Source: Alphaproteobacteria bacterium
GTDB lineage: Bacteria; Pseudomonadota; Alphaproteobacteria; UBA11222
Length of the DNA: 35,808 bases
NCBI GenBank assembly: GCA_040081735.1
Contig: JBEBFX010000003.1
Coordinates: forward strand, 1 to 35,808
Direction of reading: 5' to 3'
This document shows, piece after piece, positions 10,160 through 18,991 of the stretch. Under the pieces are notes generated by a model. That model ran no database searches and was not told the origin of the DNA. It worked only from the letters and a program-made list of their open reading frames with translations. Each line of letters begins with the position of its first letter. Position 1 is the stretch's first letter. Both the position numbers and the translations under genes were made by a program.

Positions 10160-11632
10160 TCAGGCAAAACCATCAAATGCCGCAAGCGTGACCGGCAGAC
10201 CAAGATCCTGCAAAACCGCGAGATCAAGCACACCCACCACTTTGGTTTGGCCCGAACTCAGGGAACTGGCCATCAGATCGCCGCCGATGCCCAGATGCGA
10301 CGGGCCGGAGCTGGCCAGCATAACCGCCCCGCCATGCGCCTCTACCGCGTTTGGTCCAGTGAAGTTCAGACTATTTGCGCTGGGTCCACTTACATATTTG
10401 TCGTAATTGGTGATGAAGCTGGTCTGGGCCGGGTTGCCATTACTGTCCAGCGCACTCCGAAAGCCCAGGACATGACCAAATTCATGGGCGAATATGGACA
10501 AGGCGTCCAGTTTGTCCCTTGGCATCGGATCGTCAGTGCTGTCCCGGAACACCAGCCTGCCCAGATCAGCAGATATTGTAATTCTCGCGTCTGCCCCGGT
10601 CCCGTTGGGATCCCGCCCCGTTTGCAGTTCCGAGGCGGCGCCCGACTGGCTGATCCGGCGGCCATTCAAGGTTTCCCCCGTAAACACCTCCAGGACAGAA
10701 CCGGCATAGGCCAGCACGCCGGTATCGCCCCGCTGATATACAATCTCGACCTCTATGGGCGCGGTGCGCGTAAAATGCGCCGCCCACATGTCCCATGCCG
10801 CCGCAACACTTTGGCGGATGCCGGTCTCATACGGCGCCAACGTCCCTGAACTGTCCAGGATGGAAATCGTCAGGCCGTTGCCAATTCCCAGATTTTGCAG
10901 CGAAGTTGCAGCGGCGCTAACGGATGCGCTGGTCGCGTCAATATCCGCCAGAACACGGCGCGCATCGCCGATGCGGAAGGTTTCACCGGTGGCATCTGCA
11001 AGGTGGGCGACGTAATTTTGCGCGGTAACAACCTTGTTTTCGACCACGGTTTTATCATTGCCCTGGGCGCCGCTGATGATATCAATAATCATCCGGCCCA
11101 CGGGTTTGCCTGCGCCCAGTTCACCCTTCCAGTAGGCGAGGCCGGCGGCATCTGGCAGGCGAGTGAACAGATTATCGTAGATGGCTGTCAAAAAACTGTC
11201 GGCGGAACCGCTCAGCGGATTGCTCAGATAGCTATAGATATCCAGGGCTTCCGGCTGCTGCGCAAAACTGCCGGCAATCGCGATGGCGGACTTGCCCGCG
11301 TGCAATTGCCCGATCCAATAGTCTAACCCCGCCGGATCCGGAGCGCGGTTAAAATATCCAATATATAATTGCGTGACCAGCGCATTGGAGCCGGAGGATT
11401 CCAGTGCATTTTCCGCGATTCCGGATGCCGCCAGCGGCTGATTTATCGAAACTGATGGATCATCCAGCCCCTGCCCGGCCAGCAAGGACGCGGCAGATGA
11501 GGCCTGGAATGCCGGGAGAACTCCCTCCCCTTGCTGCGCAGGGCCGGGATGCGGCGAGAAATATGGAGTGAATTGCTTCAGCCCGGACGAAACAGACTCT
11601 AATGCAGAAAAACCAGTGCATAGCTGACACAT
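10160..11632 (-). CDS. S-layer-anchor-like (DUF4214-type) domain plus C-terminal zinc metallopeptidase
   Basis: N-terminal MCQLC, then LYIGYFNRAPDPAGLDYW...IYDNLFTRLPDAAGLAYW, then HEFGHVLGF...SHL...DLM. Confidence 0.8.
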   Translation of the reverse strand: MCQLCTGFSALESVSSGLKQFTPYFSPHPGPAQQGEGVLPAFQASSAASLLAGQGLDDPSVSINQPLAASGIAENALESSGSNALVTQLYIGYFNRAPDPAGLDYWIGQLHAGKSAIAIAGSFAQQPEALDIYSYLSNPLSGSADSFLTAIYDNLFTRLPDAAGLAYWKGELGAGKPVGRMIIDIISGAQGNDKTVVENKVVTAQNYVAHLADATGETFRIGDARRVLADIDATSASVSAAATSLQNLGIGNGLTISILDSSGTLAPYETGIRQSVAAAWDMWAAHFTRTAPIEVEIVYQRGDTGVLAYAGSVLEVFTGETLNGRRISQSGAASELQTGRDPNGTGADARITISADLGRLVFRDSTDDPMPRDKLDALSIFAHEFGHVLGFRSALDSNGNPAQTSFITNYDKYVSGPSANSLNFTGPNAVEAHGGAVMLASSGPSHLGIGGDLMASSLSSGQTKVVGVLDLAVLQDLGLPVTLAAFDGFA

Positions 11633-11638
11633 TACCGC

Positions 11639-11664
11639 TCCACTCCGAATTCTTCGGGAGTGGA
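11639..11664 (-). promoter_or_regulatory. mRNA hairpin overlapping the Shine-Dalgarno of the 10160..11632 gene
   Basis: mRNA reads UCCACUCC-C-GAA-GAA-UUC-GGAGUGGA-GCGGUA-AUG. The 8-bp stem pairs the GGAG-containing arm. Confidence 0.45.
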
Positions 11665-11881
11665 CACAGTAGTATAGAGGAATTTATATCAGGTTAAATA
11701 CTGGTTTTATTCTTGGTAAACACAGTATTTATGGTTAATTACTAATTTACTATAACTATATAATTTATTTTTTACTATGAAACATGAGCCGGAAGGCCTC
11801 TGCCCGTCTATGGGAGGCCATGCGCTGCAATGGTTTGGATGTTGGGCAAGGATACCAGAGCTGGCTGACTGCTGCGTTCAG

Positions 11882-13768
11882 TTAAACCAGACCACCCGCC
11901 CCGAGCAGGGTAATCGGCACGCCAACATCCTGCAGAATGGCGATATGCAGCGGTTCGACCAGCTTTTGCTGGCCCGCGACAATTCTGGCGGACATCAGGT
12001 CAGCCGCATTTGCAAGATGTGAAGGGCTGTCAGAATCCAGCAATACAGGCGCGCCGCCATTGGCTGCCAGAGCATTGGGGCCGGTAAATAATGGGAGGGT
12101 TGCGCCAGTAATATAGCGTTCAAAGGAGCCAACAAAACTGCCCGACAACAAAGTACTGGCGTTAAATCCAAGTATATGACCGATTTCATGGGCAAAAACC
12201 GAGATTGCGTCAAACTTGTCGCGCGGTATCTGCTCACTTAAGGCCGTGCGGAAAACGAAACGTGAAATATCCGTGCCCAGGCTGATCTCGGCGTCCACAT
12301 TGCCGCCATTGGGGTCGATGCCTGTTGCAAGCTCAAATGCCACGCCCACCTGCAAGACCCGCTTCCCCTGAAAAAACTCGCCCGAAGTCTGGGTAACCAG
12401 TGATCGCGCCGACGCCAAAGTCGTCGGAGCGCCCGCCATCATGTTTATTTCAATTTCAATCGGCGCCGTGCGGGTGAAATGCGCGGCCCACAAATTCCAG
12501 GCCACGTTGACGCTCTGGCTGATCGCCAGCTCGAATGAGGCCAGTGCGCCGCCGGGGTCGTTGAAGCTCAGCGTCAGATTATTGGCCAGAACATTGGTGC
12601 TGGCCACATTCACCGTAACATTTGTTGCGGCCACCCTGTTGCCCGCCGCATCCTGCAAGACATCGCCTGTGACCGGGGGAGAATAGTTTATTCTGACCGC
12701 CCCAACAGGCGCCGCCGCCAGGCTCAGGATAATTTGCGAGCCATTAATCGACACGGCATTAACGGCGATGATGGCGTTATTGGCGTCCTGGGCGGTGAAT
12801 GCGGCGTTACTGATGACCGCCGGCCTGAATACTTCATCAAAATTCAGCCTGACGGAAATATTGCTGGCTGACGCATCCCGGAACATCGGGGCGGTGTCAT
12901 CCACGTTCGTCACGTTCATCGTGACGGGTGCGGCGGCGCTCACATTACCTGAAAAATCAATCGCCGAAACGCCCAGCGTGAAAAAATTCGGGGCTATTTC
13001 AAAGTCGTTCGAGGCGGTGGCTGCTGCGGCGCCCGCCTCTGTCAGCGAAATCACGCCCGTTGCGCCGATGGCAAAAAAGCCGCTGGAATTTCCCGATATA
13101 ATGGTAAAGCCGGACACCCCGCCGCCGCCGGCGTTATCCGTGGCCGCAACCGTTCCCAGCGGATCCCCCGCCGCCCTGTTTTCTGCGTAACTGAATGTCT
13201 GAAATGGTGTGACGGCAGGGGCAATAACATCTGTTATCGCCACATTATTCCGTGTCATGGCGGCCGTCACGCTCGCCGCATCCTGGGTAACGCCCGCAAA
13301 CGCTGATTGCGCCAGGGGAAGTTTGAAAACAGCCGCAGTTTCAATAAGTGTCTGGGCAAACGCGGTTCCCACCGCGGTCTTGTTATTGATGACCAGTAAA
13401 TCATTGCCGGTCGCGCCGCTGCGGATATCCAGAATTACGCGGCCAACGCCAATGGCCGGGTTGGCCAATTGCGCCGTCCAGTAGGCAAATCCCTCAGCGT
13501 CCGTTACCGGTGTGGCGGCGCGGCCAAACAGGTTAAGATAGACGCTGCTCAGAAAACTAACGGGCGAGCCGACCAGCGGCGCCGAGAGAAAACTGTAAAG
13601 ATTTCTGGCCTCGGGCTGTTCAGCGAAACTGTTGGCGATTTCCACCAGCCCCATGGCCGGTCCGCCAACGCCACTGGCGCGGCCGATCCAGAAGTTCAAG
13701 CCAGCCGGGTCCGGGGCACGGTTGAAATACGCTGCGTAAAGCGCAGAAATGTCATCGATAATGGCCAA
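11882..13768 (-). CDS. S-layer-anchor-like domain + cadherin-like + SwmB-like repeat + zinc metallopeptidase (TTG start)
   Basis: LYAAYFNRAPDPAGLNFW; cadherin-like FSYAENRAAG..VAATD..DFE..VTNVDD; SwmB-like VRLNFDE..INYSPP..LQDAAGN; HEIGHILGF..SHL..DLM. GAGGGA RBS before TTG. Confidence 0.8.
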   Translation of the reverse strand: MAIIDDISALYAAYFNRAPDPAGLNFWIGRASGVGGPAMGLVEIANSFAEQPEARNLYSFLSAPLVGSPVSFLSSVYLNLFGRAATPVTDAEGFAYWTAQLANPAIGVGRVILDIRSGATGNDLLVINNKTAVGTAFAQTLIETAAVFKLPLAQSAFAGVTQDAASVTAAMTRNNVAITDVIAPAVTPFQTFSYAENRAAGDPLGTVAATDNAGGGGVSGFTIISGNSSGFFAIGATGVISLTEAGAAAATASNDFEIAPNFFTLGVSAIDFSGNVSAAAPVTMNVTNVDDTAPMFRDASASNISVRLNFDEVFRPAVISNAAFTAQDANNAIIAVNAVSINGSQIILSLAAAPVGAVRINYSPPVTGDVLQDAAGNRVAATNVTVNVASTNVLANNLTLSFNDPGGALASFELAISQSVNVAWNLWAAHFTRTAPIEIEINMMAGAPTTLASARSLVTQTSGEFFQGKRVLQVGVAFELATGIDPNGGNVDAEISLGTDISRFVFRTALSEQIPRDKFDAISVFAHEIGHILGFNASTLLSGSFVGSFERYITGATLPLFTGPNALAANGGAPVLLDSDSPSHLANAADLMSARIVAGQQKLVEPLHIAILQDVGVPITLLGAGGLV

Positions 13769-13915
13769 GACAATCCCTCAAATAATAAGAATATACACAT
13801 GGCCCCTGCCGCGCCGCAACGGCGCCAGCGTCACACTTTTGTCAGACGGCGCCGCGATAGAGAAAAAATTTGCCGGTATTAACCGTAATTAGCTGCTGAC
13901 CGGGCAGGCCGCGCG

Positions 13916-13935
13916 TGTAATATTACGATATTACA
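13916..13935. promoter_or_regulatory. Perfect 8-4-8 inverted repeat, candidate operator
   Basis: TGTAATAT-TACG-ATATTACA, ending 24 bp before ATG 13960 in the divergent intergenic region. Confidence 0.55.
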
Positions 13936-13959
13936 ACGCTGCATTGAGGAAATTATTTC

Positions 13960-16482
13960 ATGCCCACGCCCAGTGAAAATATTACCCGGATTTATGCTGG
14001 CTATTTCAACCGCGCCCCCGACCCCGAAGGATTGAACTATTGGGTTAGCCGGCTAAATGGGGGCATGTCGCTGCTCGACGTCGCCCAGAGCTTTTCCGTG
14101 CAACCTGAGGCGACGGCATTGTATGGGTTTTTGACATCGCCCGGTTCGGGTTCGCCGTCTAGTTTCCTCGACTCTATCTACCGCAATCTGTTTAACCGCG
14201 CTATTGATGGGGAAGGTCTGGGTTACTGGACCGGGCAACTGAACGCCGGCAAACCCGTTGGCCGCGCCATCATTGACATCATCAGCGGCGCGCAGGGCAA
14301 TGACCTGCTGGTGGAGAATAATAAAGTCGCAGTGGGTCAGCATTTTATTTCCGAACTGCAACGGTTGAATCTGAGCTTCGGCCTGGACGCCGCGAGAAAC
14401 GCTTATACGGGCGTGAGCCATCTCGGCGCCAGTCTGACTACGGCGCTGAGTGCGCTGAACAACATGCTCACCTCTTTACCAAGCGCCGCCGGAAACACAT
14501 TCGCCCTGACCACCGGCATAGATAATTTAACAGGCTCCGACCACAATGACATCTTCAACGCCATGGTCGATAGCGATTCCGGATCAGGCCAGACATTGAC
14601 CGCCGCCGATACGATCAACGGCGGCGGCGGCATAGATACACTGAATATTCTGTTCAATCCGGCAGGCACAGTGTCGTTCCCGACCGCAAATATCAGTAAT
14701 GTGGAGGTGATCAATCTTCGCAATATTTCCCGCAAGGCGCTGACATTCGATTCAGCGATGGTTGCAGATGATATGGTGGTAAATGCGGATCGTTCTACCA
14801 ATGCTGGCGTGAATGAAAGCGACATCACCATCATCAATCTGCCGGAAGGCGCAAGTGTTGGTGTAATCAGCGATGGCGTTATGCACAATGGCGGAGTGAA
14901 TATCGGCTATGCCCAAACAGGGGGAACTGGCATCGTCACCCTCTCCGGCGTCGCCGGAGGTACTTTCGGCAGTGGGAGAGTTACCTTTACGAGCGAACCA
15001 ATTTCAGTAATTGTCAACACAAGTTCATTACCTAACCGGATTGAGCAACTCGAAGTGGGCAACGCTGCAAAGACGTTGACGATCAACGCGAACTCTTCCC
15101 TGTATCTTCAGTATGGCATCAATAGCAGTTCGGCACTGGAAACCATTATTGTCACTGGCTCTGGCCATGTCCGTCTCGGCTTCCCCCAGGCAACGATCAT
15201 TGACGCTTCAGCCATGACGGCTGGTGGTATAGACGTATTCCCTGACGAAGGGATCACTTCTTTAATAGGTGGTCAAGGCGATGACTATATCGGCATTCTT
15301 GGTCCACTCAATAATGGCAATTTATCCGTTATCAATGCAGGGGGGGGTGCCGCTGATTCCCTCATTCTCTCCGATACGGCCATTGATGATTCGGCTCAAG
15401 CCTTGCGTTTCAGGAATTTTGAAATACTTGAGGTCTTTAGTTCCGTTGTTAATGCTTCCCTTTTTACAAACTCTTCAATCCATACAATTCATGTGAATGG
15501 AAATTCTGTAATTAATGGGTTGAATACAACCCAAACGCCAATCACAGAAATTTTAGTAAATGGTGATGTTACGCTGAATGAATTGAGTTCATTTCAGGCG
15601 GCTCACATTTATATCGGCGGCCTTGGCGGCTCTTCCACCTTTAATATCAACAACGCAACTGCTCCTGGCCAGATAGATGTCCTTAACTTGGCGGTGATAA
15701 GTGATCCACTCCTGTCTGCAACGTATCTATCCGATATTATTGCCCCCGGCGTGGAAATCATCAATTTCTCCGCTGGGGGAAATTTATTTGTTATTTCTAT
15801 GGCCGGGGCAACGGCGCTAACTAATTCGACCATCACGGGCACAGGAAATGTGAGGATCACCACAGGTACACTGGCGCTTAACCCTGGCTCCATGTTTGAT
15901 GCATCGGCCGTTTCTGGTAATGTCAGAATCGATGCATCCACCGCGAGGTCCAATGGCGCAATGCTTCTGGGGAGTGCGACCAAAGACAGCATGCTAATTG
16001 GAACGGATCAATCTGATACAATTATCGCCGGTAATTCCATCGATCGACTAGGTATATTTTTTAATGATTATATTGATGGGGGAAAGGGAGCTGATATTTT
16101 AACAAGTGGCTTGGGGCGGGATAGATTGGTATTTGACGCACGTAATGGAGCAACAACATCGGGTGATCTCATTACGGACTTTGTCGTCGGCACTGATAAG
16201 CTTGAATTCTTATATACGGGCGAGATAGCGTCGTCTCAACAAGCAATTGTGCAATCATCCGTAAGCGCATTGTCGCCCTCATCTTCGGCTGCTCAGATAG
16301 CCATGACGATGGCTGCCTCCAACGCCACGAATAACGCGGTATCATTTGCGGTCTTTGGCGGCGATACATATGTCTACTACGAAAGAACCGGTTCAAGTGG
16401 TGGGGTAGCGGCGAACGATGTGTTCATCAAACTCGCAGGGGTTTCCAGCGGGTTTACATTTGCAGGCGGCTTAGCCCCATGA
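13960..16482 (+). CDS. RsaA/SapA-like S-layer-type RTX protein (anchor domain + beta-helix + GGxGxD repeats)
   Basis: IYAGYFNRAPDPEGLNYW; FALTTGIDNLTG..DTINGGGGIDTL (typical S-layer beta-helix start); GGQGDDYI and GGKGADILTSGLGRD; no signal peptide. GAGG RBS. Confidence 0.8.
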   Translation: MPTPSENITRIYAGYFNRAPDPEGLNYWVSRLNGGMSLLDVAQSFSVQPEATALYGFLTSPGSGSPSSFLDSIYRNLFNRAIDGEGLGYWTGQLNAGKPVGRAIIDIISGAQGNDLLVENNKVAVGQHFISELQRLNLSFGLDAARNAYTGVSHLGASLTTALSALNNMLTSLPSAAGNTFALTTGIDNLTGSDHNDIFNAMVDSDSGSGQTLTAADTINGGGGIDTLNILFNPAGTVSFPTANISNVEVINLRNISRKALTFDSAMVADDMVVNADRSTNAGVNESDITIINLPEGASVGVISDGVMHNGGVNIGYAQTGGTGIVTLSGVAGGTFGSGRVTFTSEPISVIVNTSSLPNRIEQLEVGNAAKTLTINANSSLYLQYGINSSSALETIIVTGSGHVRLGFPQATIIDASAMTAGGIDVFPDEGITSLIGGQGDDYIGILGPLNNGNLSVINAGGGAADSLILSDTAIDDSAQALRFRNFEILEVFSSVVNASLFTNSSIHTIHVNGNSVINGLNTTQTPITEILVNGDVTLNELSSFQAAHIYIGGLGGSSTFNINNATAPGQIDVLNLAVISDPLLSATYLSDIIAPGVEIINFSAGGNLFVISMAGATALTNSTITGTGNVRITTGTLALNPGSMFDASAVSGNVRIDASTARSNGAMLLGSATKDSMLIGTDQSDTIIAGNSIDRLGIFFNDYIDGGKGADILTSGLGRDRLVFDARNGATTSGDLITDFVVGTDKLEFLYTGEIASSQQAIVQSSVSALSPSSSAAQIAMTMAASNATNNAVSFAVFGGDTYVYYERTGSSGGVAANDVFIKLAGVSSGFTFAGGLAP

Positions 16483-16492
16483 TGCGCATTAC

Positions 16493-17641
16493 ATGAAACT
16501 CTCCGCGCGCAGCAATATCAGCCCGTTCATCGTCATGGAAGTGATGGCCGCCGCCGCAGCGCGCGAGGCAGCGGGCGGGGATGTGCTGCATCTGGAGGTG
16601 GGGCAGCCTTCCACGGGCGCGCCGCAGGGCGTGCTGGACGCGGCGCATGCAGCGCTGCGTGATGACCGCATCGGCTATACGCTGGCGCTGGGCATACCCG
16701 AATTGCGCCAGCGCATTGCCGCGCATTATCTCGCGCAATACGGGATCAGAATACCCTTTGAACGCATTGTGGTGACGACGGGGTCATCGGCTGCGTTTCT
16801 GCTGTCATTTCTGGCGCTGTTTGATCCGGGCGACCGGGTGGCGATTGCGTCGCCGGGTTATCCCGCCTACCGCAATATATTACAGGTGCTGAATATTGAA
16901 CCCGTGCTTGTGCAATGCGCGGGGGATACAGGGTTTCAGCTCACGCCAGAACAGCTTGCGCTGGCGGCGCGCGATGGCCCGCTGCACGGGTTGCTGGTGG
17001 CAAGCCCCGCCAATCCGACCGGCTCGATGCTTGATGAGGGGCAATTTCGCGCGCTGGCTGCGCATTGCCGGGCCCACGGCCTCGCGCTGATTTCCGATGA
17101 AATCTATCATGGCATTACCTACGGCAAGACGGCCCGTACTGCGCTTGAACTTGATCCAGACGCCGTGGTGATCAACAGTTTCTCGAAATATTTTTCGATG
17201 ACCGGGTGGCGGCTGGGCTGGATGATTGTGCCGGAAACCATGCTGCGGGCAGTGGAGCGGATCAGCCAGAACCTGTTCATCTCGCCCCCGACATTATCCC
17301 AGCGCGCGGCGCTTGCGGCATTTGATTGCCATGATGAGCTGAAGCGCAATGTCGCCGTCTACGCCGCCAACCGGGAACTGCTGCTGCGCGAGCTGCCAAA
17401 AGCGGGAATATCCCGTTTCGCCCCTGCCGATGGGGCATTTTATCTGTACGCGGATGTTTCGCATTTAACCCGGGACAGTCAGGAGTTCTGCCGCAGGATG
17501 CTGGCCGAAACCGGCGTCGCCGCTACGCCCGGCGTTGATTTTGATCCCATGGGCGGGCATCTCGCCGTGCGGTTTTCATTCGCCGGTTCGACAGAAACCA
17601 TGGCCAAGGCGGCGGCCCGCCTGAAAGGCTGGCTGGCTTAA
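16493..17641 (+). CDS. PLP-dependent class I/II aminotransferase
   Basis: SPANPTG, DEIYHG and NSFSKYFSMTGWRLG (PLP Lys). Confidence 0.92.
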   Translation: MKLSARSNISPFIVMEVMAAAAAREAAGGDVLHLEVGQPSTGAPQGVLDAAHAALRDDRIGYTLALGIPELRQRIAAHYLAQYGIRIPFERIVVTTGSSAAFLLSFLALFDPGDRVAIASPGYPAYRNILQVLNIEPVLVQCAGDTGFQLTPEQLALAARDGPLHGLLVASPANPTGSMLDEGQFRALAAHCRAHGLALISDEIYHGITYGKTARTALELDPDAVVINSFSKYFSMTGWRLGWMIVPETMLRAVERISQNLFISPPTLSQRAALAAFDCHDELKRNVAVYAANRELLLRELPKAGISRFAPADGAFYLYADVSHLTRDSQEFCRRMLAETGVAATPGVDFDPMGGHLAVRFSFAGSTETMAKAAARLKGWLA

Positions 17642-18987
17642 GCCAGCACGATGCGCCCCCGGCCAATTGTGACATGTTTGGTGGCGTTGCGGGTGTCGAT
17701 CACCAGATCAACCGCCCCCACCAGCCCCGCATAATCAACGCCGTCATGATCGGTGCAGATCAGCGCCACATCATACCGGCCGCAGAAATTATCCAGATGC
17801 CATTCAACGCACGGCCGGCCCGCCAGACGCGGATGGGCGCGGGTCTGGGCCAGCTGCGGCACGAACGGATCGTAATAATCAACCTTTGCGCCGCGATCTT
17901 CCAGCTCCTGCATCAGCACCAGCGCGGGGGATTCCCGCATATCCTCGACATTCTTTTTGTAGGCCACGCCCAGCATCAGGATGCGCGCGCCATGGGCGCT
18001 CATCGATTTGCGGTCGCTGAGTTCCCGCACCAGCCGGTCGATGACCTGATAAGGCGCGCGGCTGTTGATCTCGCCCGCCAGTTCGATGAAACGGGTTGGC
18101 ACGTCATATTCGCGCGCCTTCCAGGTCAGATAGAACGGGTCTATGGGGATGCAGTGTCCGCCAAGGCCCGGCCCCGGATAGAACGGCATAAAGCCGAAAG
18201 GTTTGGTTTTTGCCGCCTCGATCACTTCCCAGATATTGATGCCCATGCGGCCATAGACATGCTTCAGCTCATTCACCAGCGCGATATTGACCGAACGGAA
18301 AATGTTTTCCATCAGCTTTACCGCCTCGGCGGTCGCGGTATTCGAAACCGGCACGACGCTGGGCACGAAACCGGCATAGAACGCGCATGCCAGTTGCAGG
18401 GCCGCTTCGCCGCCGCCGCCGACGACTTTCGGAATCTGCGAAGTTTTATACTGGGGATTGCCGGGGTCCTCACGTTCCGGCGAATAGGCGAGATAAAAAT
18501 CCCTGCCCGATTGCAAACCGCCCCGTTCCAGCACAGGCCGCATCACCTCGTCCGTCGTGCCGGGATAGGTGGTGGATTCAAGCACCACAAGCTGACCCGG
18601 CCGGATGCACTTTGCAATGGCCTCGACGCTGTTCACAATATAGGTCATGTCCGGGTCACGGTGCGCGTCCAGCGGCGTCGGCACGCATATCAGAATAATG
18701 TCTGCTTCAGCCAGCCTGGAAAAATCGCCGGTCGCCTGAAAGCGCCCCTCCCGCGTCATGCGCGTCAGGGCTTCGCTGCTCACGCTGCCGATCGGCGAGA
18801 TGCCCTGATTGTACATGGCCACCTTGTCCGCAGCCACATCAAAGCCCAGAATGCGATAGCCCGCCCCATGCACCGCGTGGGCCAGCGGCAGCCCGACATA
18901 ACCCAGCCCGATAATCCCGACAATGGCTTTGCGGGTTTCGATTTTATCCGCCAGGTCTTGCTGGGGACCCGCCGCCTGCCCATTCAT
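17638..18987 (-). CDS. wbpA: Nucleotide-sugar 6-dehydrogenase, WbpA-like (UDP-GlcNAc 6-dehydrogenase)
   Basis: GLGYVGLP, ESTTYPGTT, SPEREDPG and catalytic GGHCIPIDP. The symbol rests partly on gene context. Confidence 0.82.
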   Translation of the reverse strand: MNGQAAGPQQDLADKIETRKAIVGIIGLGYVGLPLAHAVHGAGYRILGFDVAADKVAMYNQGISPIGSVSSEALTRMTREGRFQATGDFSRLAEADIILICVPTPLDAHRDPDMTYIVNSVEAIAKCIRPGQLVVLESTTYPGTTDEVMRPVLERGGLQSGRDFYLAYSPEREDPGNPQYKTSQIPKVVGGGGEAALQLACAFYAGFVPSVVPVSNTATAEAVKLMENIFRSVNIALVNELKHVYGRMGINIWEVIEAAKTKPFGFMPFYPGPGLGGHCIPIDPFYLTWKAREYDVPTRFIELAGEINSRAPYQVIDRLVRELSDRKSMSAHGARILMLGVAYKKNVEDMRESPALVLMQELEDRGAKVDYYDPFVPQLAQTRAHPRLAGRPCVEWHLDNFCGRYDVALICTDHDGVDYAGLVGAVDLVIDTRNATKHVTIGRGRIVLA

Positions 18988-18991
18988 GGCA

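Noticed and set aside
11777-12022. 81-aa plus-strand ORF in the AT-rich gap
   Set aside because: No RBS or motif, and it overlaps the 3' end of the 628-aa gene on the opposite strand.
11000-14340. Campylobacter fetus sap-style DNA inversion between the inverted anchor-coding regions
   Set aside because: The paralogous DNA differs at many synonymous sites. The longest identical run I found is about 14 bp (ATCATCAGCGGCGC), and no recombinase is nearby, so active inversion is unsupported.
10160-16482. Anchor proteins as substrates of the neighbouring gsp system
   Set aside because: T2SS substrates need Sec/Tat signals and none is visible. GGxGxD repeats in the 840-aa protein point to type I secretion, whose genes are not in the window.
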